Below the pieces are notes generated by a model, which did not search any database, was not told where the DNA came from, and saw only the letters and a program-made list of their open reading frames with translations. A DNA stretch of 59,374 bases from a virus (lineage: Duplodnaviria > Caudoviricetes): the IMG/VR virus record IMGVR_UViG_3300042453_005928, positions 1 through 59,374 of that record. The stretch is one strand, 5' to 3'. Shown here piece by piece: positions 1 through 10,048 of this stretch (position 1 is the first letter of the stretch; every line of letters starts with the position of its first letter). The translations under genes and the position numbers were made by a program.

Positions 1-3000
1 ATAATAAGAATTGTTTTGAAATATCTTTTCAAAGATACTAATAACCTATTACAAGATTCTACTGATGCATCATCTAAAGTACCGAATCCTTCATCCATTA
101 TAAAAATGTCTGACTTTGGAAGCGTTGAAACATTGATCATTGCAACTCTTATTGCTAATGATGCAACTGTCTTCTCCATACCTGAGCATAGTTCAATAAT
201 CCTTCTAGAATCACCATAATTTATGTAAATTTCTAAAGAATCAGAACTTTCATCATTCTCTAATTCAACAGTAAAATCAACAATTCCTTGTAAGATTTTT
301 GATATCTCTACGTTGATTGCTGGTAGTTGAGACCTAATGATAATAAGGGGTAATCCCTTTTTTGAAAATGCAGTATTTACGAGCTCATAAACCTTCATTT
401 TTTCTAAAAGTTTTTCCCTTGCTTCCTTTTCCTCAATTACCTTGTCTAATGTTGCAGATACTTTTCCTTTCCTAGTTGCTGACTCTACCTTGGCTGACAT
501 TAGTGCATCAATATCCTTAGAAAGCTTTTCAATATTTGATTTAATTGAAACTGCTTCTTCATTTTCTTCGTTTTTTAGAGCCGATTCTAGTGAAAGTAAC
601 TTGTTCTTTGCGGTTTGCAATTCTAGAACCTTTGAATCCAAAGTAGATCTAAATTTTGCACATTCTGTTTCTTTCCTAGATATATCTAATGTAAGCTTTG
701 ATTCTAAAGAAAGAAGCTTCTCTAGCTTTTCTAGCTTTTCAGAAAAGTTTTCACTTTCAAGAGCAGATAGTGATTCCTTTGCTTCATTCAAATTTTGAAG
801 TGAAGTAGAAACTAAAGAAACTTGATTTTCAATTTTTGATTTATTTACGTGTGCATCTTTTATGAATTTACACGTAGGAAATTCATCACCACAAGGTACT
901 TCATCAAGTATCTTAAGTGACTTTTGTTGCTGCAAAAGTAAAGTGTTCTCTTTTTCGTAAATGTGACTAAGATCAGAGATTGCTTTTTCAAGTTTCTTTA
1001 AAGATGATACTTTTTTCTTCAGCTCTTCAATATTATTTTCACTTTTTACAGATTCAATTGTCTTTAGTTTCTTATTACTTTCTTTTATCTCTAAATTCAA
1101 TTTTTCATACTGGTCTTCTAACGTATCATGAGTTTGTTGAAGAATTTTTACATGCTTGGAAAAAGATTCAACTTGATCTGTGGTTACAGGAGTAACATCC
1201 TTGTGATTTGAAAGTGAAACTTGCAATTCTGACAAAAATGCTTGTTTCCTCTTTAGCTCATCATGTAGTTTCTTTATTTCTTTTTCATACTCTTCTATGT
1301 TGTCTTCATATTGTTTTATAGAAAGAACCCAGTCTCTATCGGGGTAATTTTTTAATTGTGATTTTAGCGATGCTAACTCTTTATTAGAGAGTTCAAAGAG
1401 TTTATCAAAAATATCTAAATCAAGAAATCTTGAAAGAACTGCTCTTCTTTTAGTTGATCCTTGAGATATAAATTGGTTAGTTTCGCCTTGAGCAGATAAA
1501 GAAGTCATCATAAAATCTTCTTGATTTCCAATCAAACCTCTGATTACCTTTTCCGTGTCATTTCTTTGCTCTCCAGCGAGATCATCTGCATCTCCATCAT
1601 CTTTTACTCGAAATACGTTTAAAGAAGTTGTTGCATTTACTACTCCTTTTTTATTTTCAGATTTCGTTGTCTGCCTTTCAATGACATAATCTGTTCCGTT
1701 GTGATTCAACACAGCCTTAGATGAACAGTATGGTTTACGAACATTACACACATGAACATTTTTAATTACACCACGATCAGTTGCATTGAATAATGCGTAC
1801 ATTATCGTACCAACAATAGATGATTTTCCAATCCTATTTGGTCCAAAAATACCAACAATTCCATTCAACTTATCAAAGTTTATTACATTCTCTGGTCCGT
1901 ATGCAAACATGTTCTCAAATTCAAGATATCTTAAAGACCACTTTGAATTTCTTGTTGTCTCTTCACCAACAGTAACAGAAGAAAGGTATGTTTTTATTTG
2001 TTCATTAACTAATTTCCATTGATCATCAGAAATGCTTACAGTTGAATAGTAATCCTTCATCATTTTTAGGAGTACTTCATGATTCCTTAGATCTGTCTTT
2101 TCATATACAGAACTGCCGGTTCTTACGACAGACTTATCTACAAAAAAATCAGACTTAAAAGTTACTTCTGTGGCTGACTTTACATTTTTCAACGATTCAC
2201 TGATGTTGCTAAATTCCTTTTGACCTAGTGCCTCTGCGGACCTTACTCTAAATCTTGAACCATCAGGATAATTTGATGCCGTAGAAATTAGATCACTAAC
2301 AGATCCATTCCATTGAATCGTAACATAGGGTTTTGGATTAGGAAGTTTTCTAAAAGTAACATCCCAATCTCTTTGTGATCTTAGCTCCCAAAGAAGATAA
2401 CCGTGCTGAACATCTTCAGCATAACCTTGCTGAACAGGAGGCCCAGGATATGATATCCATGGTTTCTTTTTTCCATTTGAATCTTCTCTGTAATCTAGGT
2501 GTTGGTATTGATGTATGTCACCTAAAAGTGCAAAATCATAATCCTCAAAGAATGATACCTTGATTCCATCAAGTTCCCAACCAACTTCTGTCTTTGAACC
2601 TTGAACTGGGCCATGATAACAGGCAATGTTAATTTTGCCTTCAAGGGGTTTTACATTGCTCCAATTTTCTTCATCAAACAAAGAGTAAACACAGAACGTG
2701 TAACCTTTATGAAATTCGTATACTCCACTCTTTTTATAGAGATGAATTTTGGGATTGTTCAATGCCTGAACGACTGGTGATACTGCATCTTGTCTTGATA
2801 GATTCACAAGATTACCGTCATGGTTTCCAAGTGTAAGGTGGACTTCACATACTTTAGATAAAGATTCCAACCACCATGTTAGTTGTTCAATATACTCAGG
2901 TGAGATCCCAGTTGTTTTTGTGTGGAAGATATCACCACCAACGAATATATGATCTACTTTATTTTTCTTGCAATCTTCAATAAAATTTAAAAACACTTGC

Positions 3001-3065
3001 CGATATTCATCGTGCCTGCTCAAACCTCTCCAATGAATATCGGCAGTATGTGCTATTCTTAACAT
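1..3065 (-). CDS. Mre11/SbcD nuclease - Rad50/SbcC ATPase fusion (gp47+gp46-like), 3'-partial at window edge
   Basis: Not in the ORF track because it has no stop in the window. My translation from ATG 3065 gives metallophosphoesterase motifs (HTADIH, GGDIFH, LGNHD, YHG, LGDIH). In the same frame follow Walker A GPNRIGKS (~1820-1845), a long coiled coil, the ABC signature variant LCSGMEK, and Walker B/D-loop FIMDEGFGTLD. Confidence 0.9.
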   Translation of the reverse strand, partial: MLRIAHTADIHWRGLSRHDEYRQVFLNFIEDCKKNKVDHIFVGGDIFHTKTTGISPEYIEQLTWWLESLSKVCEVHLTLGNHDGNLVNLSRQDAVSPVVQALNNPKIHLYKKSGVYEFHKGYTFCVYSLFDEENWSNVKPLEGKINIACYHGPVQGSKTEVGWELDGIKVSFFEDYDFALLGDIHQYQHLDYREDSNGKKKPWISYPGPPVQQGYAEDVQHGYLLWELRSQRDWDVTFRKLPNPKPYVTIQWNGSVSDLISTASNYPDGSRFRVRSAEALGQKEFSNISESLKNVKSATEVTFKSDFFVDKSVVRTGSSVYEKTDLRNHEVLLKMMKDYYSTVSISDDQWKLVNEQIKTYLSSVTVGEETTRNSKWSLRYLEFENMFAYGPENVINFDKLNGIVGIFGPNRIGKSSIVGTIMYALFNATDRGVIKNVHVCNVRKPYCSSKAVLNHNGTDYVIERQTTKSENKKGVVNATTSLNVFRVKDDGDADDLAGEQRNDTEKVIRGLIGNQEDFMMTSLSAQGETNQFISQGSTKRRAVLSRFLDLDIFDKLFELSNKELASLKSQLKNYPDRDWVLSIKQYEDNIEEYEKEIKKLHDELKRKQAFLSELQVSLSNHKDVTPVTTDQVESFSKHVKILQQTHDTLEDQYEKLNLEIKESNKKLKTIESVKSENNIEELKKKVSSLKKLEKAISDLSHIYEKENTLLLQQQKSLKILDEVPCGDEFPTCKFIKDAHVNKSKIENQVSLVSTSLQNLNEAKESLSALESENFSEKLEKLEKLLSLESKLTLDISRKETECAKFRSTLDSKVLELQTAKNKLLSLESALKNEENEEAVSIKSNIEKLSKDIDALMSAKVESATRKGKVSATLDKVIEEKEAREKLLEKMKVYELVNTAFSKKGLPLIIIRSQLPAINVEISKILQGIVDFTVELENDESSDSLEIYINYGDSRRIIELCSGMEKTVASLAIRVAMINVSTLPKSDIFIMDEGFGTLDDASVESCNRLLVSLKRYFKTILI

Positions 3066-3074
3066 CTAGTAATA

Positions 3075-3103
3075 GATGTATACAATAACCTTGTTTATGT
3101 TCA
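3075..3103 (-). promoter_or_regulatory. Putative sigma70-like promoter for the Mre11-Rad50 fusion
   Basis: Minus strand TGAACA-N17-TACATC, 9 nt before the ATG; same architecture as other promoters in the window but with a weaker -10. Confidence 0.4.
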
Positions 3104-4174
3104 AACCTCTGTTGCTGCTACGGTGGCAGTAGCTCCAGCTGTACCAACCTTAGAAGCAATCCCTCCAGCTTCTTTACCAACTTCGTATGCGCCAAAGCCT
3201 ATCTTTTTCATTGCATCAGAAGCATTGCTACTAAATTCAAGTAACGCATGCCCTATGTGAACAACGGCTTCTATAATAATTGCAGCTAGAACAGCAACAT
3301 GTAATATTTTTTCAGCTGCCTTCTTTTCTTTCTCGTGCTCCTTTGAGTTAAACTCTTCGTATGTAACAGTTGGAATCTTTTTTATCTTTGAAATAGCAAC
3401 ATATGCTGCGTAAGAAACAGGAGCAGGGTATACTAATACTTTTAAGGCTTTTTCTTCTATTTCATGAAACATGTGTTCATAATGTTCAAATTTTTCTCCC
3501 CACTCTTTTTTACCTAAAACTTTATTGAAAATATACGCAAGTGCTTTACATGATAGTGCAAGAGAACCAAGAACCAAAGTAACAGCTTTTACAATTGCCC
3601 ACCATTTTGTAACTAATAAAGTAATTCCCTCTACTACTACCTCAGTTAGCAGGGGTTCATTTATAACTTCATTTATTTCTAATAGTTTTTTACTTCTATC
3701 TACTGACTTCTTTTCCATCAAGCTAAAAGCTAAACGTATTTCATCATGTGTTGGAACTTTATTTTCAACTAATCTGTTTTTTACAAGAATAAGAGATTCT
3801 GTTTTTAGTTCACTTTTTGCAGCAATCAATTCTTTTAATTCTTTAGAGAAGCCAGCGTCATCAACCAGACTTTTGATATCTTCGCTTCCCTCAGTAGACT
3901 TGAAAGCCTGCAAGAACTCATTGAAACCAAGTTCGCTTAACTTTCCTTTTATATTTTCATTTATGTTATTGATCAACTCTTTTATTTTTGCAACAACCTT
4001 TTCTACTTGGGACATTACTTCTTTTTTAGCTTTTTCCTTTAATTTAGAAAAAGGTGCAGCAATTACGTCAAAAATTCCCTCTTGCACAAGTCGTTGTCTC
4101 GATATTTCATCTCGAATCAACCTACGTAATTGAGCCTCAGTTACAATAGAATTATTTTTTCTTGCTCGTTTCAT
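3101..4174 (-). CDS. Hypothetical protein, candidate internal virion protein with a cleavable propeptide and hydrophobic segments
   Basis: 357 aa ORF. N-terminus IVTEAQLRRLIRDEI...LVQEG, several L/I-x-E motifs, hydrophobic helices in the C-terminal half, AATATTTA motif just upstream. Confidence 0.5.
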   Translation of the reverse strand: MKRARKNNSIVTEAQLRRLIRDEISRQRLVQEGIFDVIAAPFSKLKEKAKKEVMSQVEKVVAKIKELINNINENIKGKLSELGFNEFLQAFKSTEGSEDIKSLVDDAGFSKELKELIAAKSELKTESLILVKNRLVENKVPTHDEIRLAFSLMEKKSVDRSKKLLEINEVINEPLLTEVVVEGITLLVTKWWAIVKAVTLVLGSLALSCKALAYIFNKVLGKKEWGEKFEHYEHMFHEIEEKALKVLVYPAPVSYAAYVAISKIKKIPTVTYEEFNSKEHEKEKKAAEKILHVAVLAAIIIEAVVHIGHALLEFSSNASDAMKKIGFGAYEVGKEAGGIASKVGTAGATATVAATEV

Positions 4175-4186
4175 CGATTGTAAATA

Positions 4187-5170
4187 TTAGATTCTGAAGC
4201 TAGTTGACATCGCTTTTTGTAACTTGTTTGCAAATATGTCTCCCCATTGTAGCTCTTTTGCTTCATTTATCGCAGACTCAAACTCAGATTTAGACATATT
4301 TCCTGGGTCTCCCCATTGCCTGACATCAACAACCTTTACATCAAGATCGTAATTAACTAGTTTCTTATAAATCTTTGGCATTTTGGTATCCCACATGTCA
4401 CCATCCATAGCAAGGTAGACGGGAGTGTTATGAAGTAGAATACGATTGAATAGTTCGTGTTGTTCAGAGAAGTCTGAGCCCAACAAAGCAGTTGTGTTTT
4501 CAGGACATTTCGTCATATCAAAAGGACCCTCAACGAGTACAAGCGGCTTTGACCAATCTATATTCAATTCATTGAAAACTACTGACCTATGATCAACATG
4601 TGGATTGTCATACTTGGGCTTCTTTGCCTTGTCTATGGCCCTTGCAACAAAATAGTTGAGGTTACCATTAGCGTCAAAGGAAGGCATTATTATCCGCCTT
4701 TTCCACCTTTGTTCATCTGATATGCCAAGCTTGAAGTACCATATGTCCCTATCAGATAAACCCCTGGAGTAAACATACCTCCACGCAGCCTTCACGTCAG
4801 GATCAAGATCATTTGCAAGTGTCAGCAGTTTAAAATCTTTTGGTAGTTGTAGAACCTCTTGTTCTTCTTTTTGTCCTGTAACAAATTGTGAATCACTTGA
4901 AGAAATTCCAAATAGTTCTTTAAAGATTGCCAGCTGCGATTCAGACCCATATTTTCTTATTAGTGGAATTATTGTTCTTGACTTCCATCCACATACCCAG
5001 CAATGATTCGCGCTTGTGTCAGTCCTAATTGAAAGTTTCTTTTTTGTTGGATCAGTTGGAGCACATATAGGACAACGTACGTCAAAGTTTACGCCGTTAG
5101 AAGAAACGCTTCCTTTTCCAAATAAAGATTCAAAGAATCTTATGCTATCGGAGACAGAACGTATGGCCAC
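4187..5170 (-). CDS. DNA primase (DnaG-type, Zn finger + TOPRIM)
   Basis: CPIC...HCWVC zinc-binding domain, RIIMP/YFVAR/KYDN catalytic core, TOPRIM EGPFD and DGD, and D-P-G motif. Confidence 0.9.
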   Translation of the reverse strand: MAIRSVSDSIRFFESLFGKGSVSSNGVNFDVRCPICAPTDPTKKKLSIRTDTSANHCWVCGWKSRTIIPLIRKYGSESQLAIFKELFGISSSDSQFVTGQKEEQEVLQLPKDFKLLTLANDLDPDVKAAWRYVYSRGLSDRDIWYFKLGISDEQRWKRRIIMPSFDANGNLNYFVARAIDKAKKPKYDNPHVDHRSVVFNELNIDWSKPLVLVEGPFDMTKCPENTTALLGSDFSEQHELFNRILLHNTPVYLAMDGDMWDTKMPKIYKKLVNYDLDVKVVDVRQWGDPGNMSKSEFESAINEAKELQWGDIFANKLQKAMSTSFRI

Positions 5171-5176
5171 GGTCCA

Positions 5177-5205
5177 ATCGTAACACTAACTACATTTATT
5201 GTTCA
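5177..5205 (-). promoter_or_regulatory. Putative sigma70-like promoter (leaderless) for primase
   Basis: Minus strand TGAACA-N17-TACGAT with an extended TG, 6 nt before the GTG start; no Shine-Dalgarno. Confidence 0.55.
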
Positions 5206-5763
5206 CGAGAGGCTAGCAGCTCGTGCAATCACGTATGCATCCGTCATATCCCTTGAGGCATCTATGGGTTGGCCATTCTTCTTCTTTTGCCATTCCACAT
5301 GTTTCAAGTCGTTTTCAGACATATGTTTGAAGACCTGTTCCTTGCCATTCATTCCAGCAATTGCTGTTCGTTGCATCTTTATTCCACAAAGTTTTCTTGC
5401 GTGTGAAGATGAGATGTAGGTTGGATCTACTTGAAATATTCGCCGACCGATGTAGGAGACAATTCCGTTGAACCTCATGAGCGTGGTGATTGTTGTGGCA
5501 GATGACATTCCTTTTTGGAATCCAAGTAGTGGTTCCTCTAAAGCGAATACTGTCGGAGCAAATTTTTGTCGATGTAGAATGTCAGACAACACTGATTCTA
5601 TCAGGTCTGCCTTTTCCCAGAATGTCTTGCACTTCTTAAACTCCACCTTGTCTAGGAGGAGTATGTGTGAACCCTTATCATCAGGAATGATGTCCTTGTC
5701 GACGATGCATATGCCTGTCACTGAAGTAGAGACGTCTAGACCGAGGACCAGCTGTTTATTCAC
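5203..5763 (-). CDS. RuvC-like Holliday junction resolvase
   Basis: LGLDVSTSVTG (catalytic D), ALEEP (E), ARK...GKEQV, and DMTDAY (DxxD): the RNase H-fold RuvC pattern. Confidence 0.85.
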   Translation of the reverse strand: MNKQLVLGLDVSTSVTGICIVDKDIIPDDKGSHILLLDKVEFKKCKTFWEKADLIESVLSDILHRQKFAPTVFALEEPLLGFQKGMSSATTITTLMRFNGIVSYIGRRIFQVDPTYISSSHARKLCGIKMQRTAIAGMNGKEQVFKHMSENDLKHVEWQKKKNGQPIDASRDMTDAYVIARAASLS

Positions 5764-5802
5764 TGCATCATTGTTATCCCCAGGGTCACACAGTAAATAA
5801 CG

Positions 5803-6201
5803 CTAAATGATATTCATATCTTTTAGTTCTATTTCTGTCAATATTCTATAGGTCATTCCGTGGGCGCCACACCATAATATGGCTGCCTCTGCTTTCTTCT
5901 TGATGACAGCTTGATCTAGTTTTCTTTTTTGCTTCACTTCAATGATTTCTTCTCTGCCGTCCTTGTAGCGAACAAAGAAATCAGGATAATACTTCCTTAT
6001 TTTTTTCGTTCTAGAATTTGAGAGATATTCTATCACAACCTTTTCGTACGTCCATGCTTCTACATTTGGGTTGCTGTCTAGGTACAGCATGAATTTTTGT
6101 TCCCACCCAGATCGATACTTACACTCTCCTGCAATAGGAGATTCATAGGTGCCCCTGTGATAGTGTCCTTTTCTGCGACGCCTTCTTTTGGCTTTCTTCA
6201 T
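5803..6201 (-). CDS. TnsA-N-like / T4 gp4-like head-completion PD-(D/E)XK endonuclease
   Basis: YRSGWE..F...LD.NP.V..W.YE...I.Y, Y.PDF.V and IIEVK motifs. ATG at 6201 is preferred to TTG at 6210. Confidence 0.8.
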   Translation of the reverse strand: MKKAKRRRRRKGHYHRGTYESPIAGECKYRSGWEQKFMLYLDSNPNVEAWTYEKVVIEYLSNSRTKKIRKYYPDFFVRYKDGREEIIEVKQKRKLDQAVIKKKAEAAILWCGAHGMTYRILTEIELKDMNII

Positions 6202-6203
6202 GA

Positions 6204-8744
6204 TCACCAATCGAATGTTACCTTGAAAAGGATACGTTCACCTTCACGTTTTAGTATCGGTTGTGCAAGTGTTGCCTTTGCAACAACATTCAAATTCTCA
6301 TCATGGAAATTTATTCCTGATATGTATACGAATTTATCCTTATCGTTTAAGTCTAGAGATGCACTTATATAATCCTCGTTCTTTATGTACGAGTAATTTG
6401 ATGATGAGTTTAGCATTCCGCGGGGTGCAACAATGTTGTATTTTGATGTGAATAGGTGATGCTCTCCGCGGAAAGACATCTCATATTCTTCTTTTCCGAA
6501 GAAATATAGGTGTGGACTTTTTAACACAACAATTCCTTCATTATAGAATATGTTTCCAACTGAGTTCCAGGTACAATGAGGTGTAAGTGAGTCTGCACGG
6601 TAAATGTTACCGTTCCCGTCATCTTTCAAAGTAATTGATATCGATCCATTTGATCCTGAAATTGATGAATCTTTCAATTCAAATGTACCTGGTTTTATTC
6701 TACTACCATAGAATATGTTGCTAATATTGAAAAATGTAACTTGATTTGACGAAGGATCTTTTGTTCTTTGGTATATTGTGAGTGGTACGTCTTTTTGTAC
6801 ACCTGCACCATAGGATCCTTCATCCGTGGCAATGATATTTTCTATTTTATTCTTTATGTTAGTTATTGCAGCACCAGGTGGAAGACCTGGATTCTCCGGT
6901 GTGAATCCGATTAGCTCACTTAAAAACGTTGAATCATGCGCATCATCATGTGTTGCTCCCATCAAAAGAGAAGTAGGACTAAGAAGATTGTCTAAACTTA
7001 TCAAGCTGGGATCAAATCTTCCCCATTGATCTATCGCTTTGTTTTTTACTTCATTCCTTATAATTTCATAACAAGGTGTAAAATTTCCATCATCACATGG
7101 TAAAATTGTTAGATTTCTCTTTCTCACAAATGGATCTGCATATAGGAACTCGTTTGCAGGTGCAGCCTGTGTTGAGTAATCTATTGTAGAACCTGACAGG
7201 TGGTGTAGACGCGGAAAATTACTGTTCGCAAAATCTTTAGTAAAATTTTCTAAGTTTATATAATGTCCATTCACCCCAAATGCCATCGCGACATTAAATG
7301 GATCGTCTGTTGATCCATCTATCTCAAAGAATGGAGTCTGTAATATACCACCATAGGCTTTTCCGCCAAGTATCGGTGCATCATTATATCTTCTAATATT
7401 CGTATTCTCTATAAAAAATGGAGGAACGTAAAATGCTAATTTCTTTGGATCTATTACATCAGGATTGCTAGCAGATGTAGCTAGAATCTGTTTATTATTT
7501 AGATAATTTCTGTGAATCAAAAGAGTATGCAACTCAGCCTTTAATGGATGATTAAAACGATAATTGTCAGGTTGATCTCTATTTCCAGCGCTGTCGATTA
7601 GTTGTATCAATCCATCTCTATTTGAAGATATGTCACTAAAGAAATATCTTTGACTATCGTTCGTCGTGTTTGATCCTTCATAATAATTTCCAACGCATAA
7701 CATACTTGGATCATCCAATGTTGTAAATGTAGAAGGCATAATTGTTCCTGAAGGAACAACAAACGTGCCACAATCTACACCATTTATATTGAAAGAACCG
7801 GTACCGTCATTTATTGTGTTTGTACCCCAGCGAACAACAACTCGGTGCCATTTATTCCTGTCTAACGAATTATCATCAGAATAAAAAATTAAGTCATTTG
7901 GGTAAGAACCTTGTGTAACCTGTGAAGGAGGTATGTCAGCGCTGTGGCTAAGCTGCAAAAGCAAACGATATCCTGAGGGGTAACCATTTTCATCTTTCCT
8001 TGAACCTGTAACTAAAGACAAAGCATAACTTGATGACAAATGAAATATTGTTCCTGCTTTAAAATGACCAGGATCTATTCCGTCCTCTTTATACCTAGGA
8101 TTTATCCTAAAATCAAAACTAAATCCGCCTGATAAAGCATACGTACCAGAAACATAACCTTTATGCTCTGGGATATTTAAGTTCTCTATATTTGGGTATA
8201 ACAGTACAGAAGAGGTTGGTACATATTGCAATTTTATAGGTGGTATATAACTTGTTGTAATATAACTTGTAAAAAAATTCAAACTATGATAATTCGTATA
8301 TGCCCATTGTGCCGTTGGATATGATACTCCGTAGTACGGCATAAGCATTTCTTTTACATTTAATTTTCTAATTGTGTTAGTCGTAAAACTTGTGCTTGGT
8401 GTGAATCTAGTTATATCAATCTTTTTTTGTTTTTTTATTGATCTAGATTGTTGATTTATCTCATCCAAATAATCATTTATTACATTGAAAAATGAACCAC
8501 TCAGTGGTGTTTTTTTTGCTGCAGAGCTGACGGCTTGTCTATAAACTTCAATATCTTCATCATTTACTACAGAGGATTGAAAGTTTTTTAATGGTCTTAG
8601 TTCTTTTTCTATTTTTGATGACCTAGAAAAAAGACTAATAGAACCTGTCACACCTGACATACTAGAAGAAATGTAAGTACGTGGTGGGTTGATTATAGTT
8701 GTAAAAAATTCTACATCATCAGATGTGACAGGCAAGATCGCCAT
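6204..8744 (-). CDS. Virion structural protein (baseplate/tail) with LamG-like domain and conserved C-terminal module
   Basis: 846 aa. LamG-like segment (KWHRVVVRW...FNING), LKDDGNGN and VGNIFYNEG motifs. C-terminus GINFHDENLNVVAKATLAQPILK...FKVTFDW is paralogous to that of the next gene. Confidence 0.6.
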   Translation of the reverse strand: MAILPVTSDDVEFFTTIINPPRTYISSSMSGVTGSISLFSRSSKIEKELRPLKNFQSSVVNDEDIEVYRQAVSSAAKKTPLSGSFFNVINDYLDEINQQSRSIKKQKKIDITRFTPSTSFTTNTIRKLNVKEMLMPYYGVSYPTAQWAYTNYHSLNFFTSYITTSYIPPIKLQYVPTSSVLLYPNIENLNIPEHKGYVSGTYALSGGFSFDFRINPRYKEDGIDPGHFKAGTIFHLSSSYALSLVTGSRKDENGYPSGYRLLLQLSHSADIPPSQVTQGSYPNDLIFYSDDNSLDRNKWHRVVVRWGTNTINDGTGSFNINGVDCGTFVVPSGTIMPSTFTTLDDPSMLCVGNYYEGSNTTNDSQRYFFSDISSNRDGLIQLIDSAGNRDQPDNYRFNHPLKAELHTLLIHRNYLNNKQILATSASNPDVIDPKKLAFYVPPFFIENTNIRRYNDAPILGGKAYGGILQTPFFEIDGSTDDPFNVAMAFGVNGHYINLENFTKDFANSNFPRLHHLSGSTIDYSTQAAPANEFLYADPFVRKRNLTILPCDDGNFTPCYEIIRNEVKNKAIDQWGRFDPSLISLDNLLSPTSLLMGATHDDAHDSTFLSELIGFTPENPGLPPGAAITNIKNKIENIIATDEGSYGAGVQKDVPLTIYQRTKDPSSNQVTFFNISNIFYGSRIKPGTFELKDSSISGSNGSISITLKDDGNGNIYRADSLTPHCTWNSVGNIFYNEGIVVLKSPHLYFFGKEEYEMSFRGEHHLFTSKYNIVAPRGMLNSSSNYSYIKNEDYISASLDLNDKDKFVYISGINFHDENLNVVAKATLAQPILKREGERILFKVTFDW

Positions 8745-8762
8745 TTATTATTCTCAACTTTA

Positions 8763-10025
8763 TTAGAAGTCTAAACGAACCCTAAATGTTAGATCTCTTT
8801 CAGGACTCTTTTCAACGGGTCTACTTAACTTTGCGATTGCAAGAAGATTACCAGATGCATCATACATTCCAACCCCAGTAACAAATGTAAATGACTCTTG
8901 TTTATCTTCTTCACCTGGATCTATAACAACTATTCTTCCTCTAGATGAAGCTGAATTGTCAACAAACGTTGGGTTAGAAGAATAATTGAATTCATCTGCT
9001 GGTGCTCTACAGAATATTAGTGAAGAATTGATATTTGTGACGTTTTGGAATGTTATAGCAGTCAAAGAACCTGATTGAAATCTTGCAGAGCAGATATGAT
9101 CAAGAATGTTATCAATGCTACCAGATGTTACAAAATCAGGTATAAACTTTGCCGTATCTTCAGTTTGAGTTCCTTCCCCACCTAGCATTATTGTACCCAA
9201 TGGATGCATTGCATCAATTGCACCTGAAACAAATTGGCTAGCCGACGTAATTAAACCTAAGTTAAAAACTGCAACACCTGCATCATAAAACATCAAACCA
9301 ACCTGCCGAGATGTATTTGATGAATCTACTATTATACCGTATTGACCACCGGCAGTGGTAAACTTTTGTGTAGAAGAACCAAGATCAGTAAAAATAGTAG
9401 AACCAGACAACGTTGTTTTATTTAAATTAGTTACACCTTCTGATGTAATTGTAGGTGGCATATCCAGATCACCTGTCGAGTCTCCATTTACAGCAGATGC
9501 TGTTTGATAAAATCTCATTGCAAAAGTTTCACGTTTAATTTGATCTCTTGCAAATAATCTTTTGAATGCAATGAATAAAGCAGCGTCTATTGGCGTGGTT
9601 GACGTTCCTTCAAGAGGTACTTTAAAAAGTGAATCACACCCGCCTAAAAGCAATTGAGAAAATTGTTTATAAATGTCAGTTTTTTCTCTCATCATCAATG
9701 AGCTACTTGGATAAAGTGCCTTGCCAGAAGCATCAACTTCTATTTTTGTTGTAGCAGCAATTCCAGTTGTAAGTGAGCCTTCTGGTGCTAGACCTACAGT
9801 TATATCAAAAATGGCATTTGCGGTTTGCAATGTAAAATCTTGGTCATAGACGGTTTGAAATAAAGATGAAGTTACTCCAGGACCAACACCACCTGTAACA
9901 AAATGTTGGTATTTTCTTCTAGAAGAAGAGCCGCTAATATCTTCTTGTAGTACGTCTATCAGTTGATTTAAAAACGATCTAGCAGTTTTTATATCGCCGG
10001 GTGCTAATTCATGATAAGTTGCCAT
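8763..10025 (-). CDS. Virion structural protein (baseplate/tail-collar-like C-terminal domain)
   Basis: 420 aa ending EFNYSSNPTF...VTGVGMYDASGNLLAIAKLSRPVEK...RVRLDF; AAGGA Shine-Dalgarno upstream. Confidence 0.65.
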   Translation of the reverse strand: MATYHELAPGDIKTARSFLNQLIDVLQEDISGSSSRRKYQHFVTGGVGPGVTSSLFQTVYDQDFTLQTANAIFDITVGLAPEGSLTTGIAATTKIEVDASGKALYPSSSLMMREKTDIYKQFSQLLLGGCDSLFKVPLEGTSTTPIDAALFIAFKRLFARDQIKRETFAMRFYQTASAVNGDSTGDLDMPPTITSEGVTNLNKTTLSGSTIFTDLGSSTQKFTTAGGQYGIIVDSSNTSRQVGLMFYDAGVAVFNLGLITSASQFVSGAIDAMHPLGTIMLGGEGTQTEDTAKFIPDFVTSGSIDNILDHICSARFQSGSLTAITFQNVTNINSSLIFCRAPADEFNYSSNPTFVDNSASSRGRIVVIDPGEEDKQESFTFVTGVGMYDASGNLLAIAKLSRPVEKSPERDLTFRVRLDF

Positions 10026-10048
10026 TTTGTTTCCTTATTATAATACTT

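Noticed and set aside
16-2563. Short plus-strand ORFs (16-219, 442-798, 980-1195, 1786-2022, 2375-2563)
   Set aside because: Antisense shadows of the minus-strand Mre11-Rad50 fusion, which has clear motifs throughout.
3525-4133. 202 aa plus-strand ORF, and similar antisense ORFs at 44226-44783 and 46357-46932
   Set aside because: They lie fully opposite well-supported genes and show Ser/Phe/Leu-rich antisense composition.
5803-6201. TnsA-like domain, considered as evidence of a Tn7-type transposon
   Set aside because: No TnsB/TnsC or terminal repeats; the context fits a T4 gp4-like phage nuclease.
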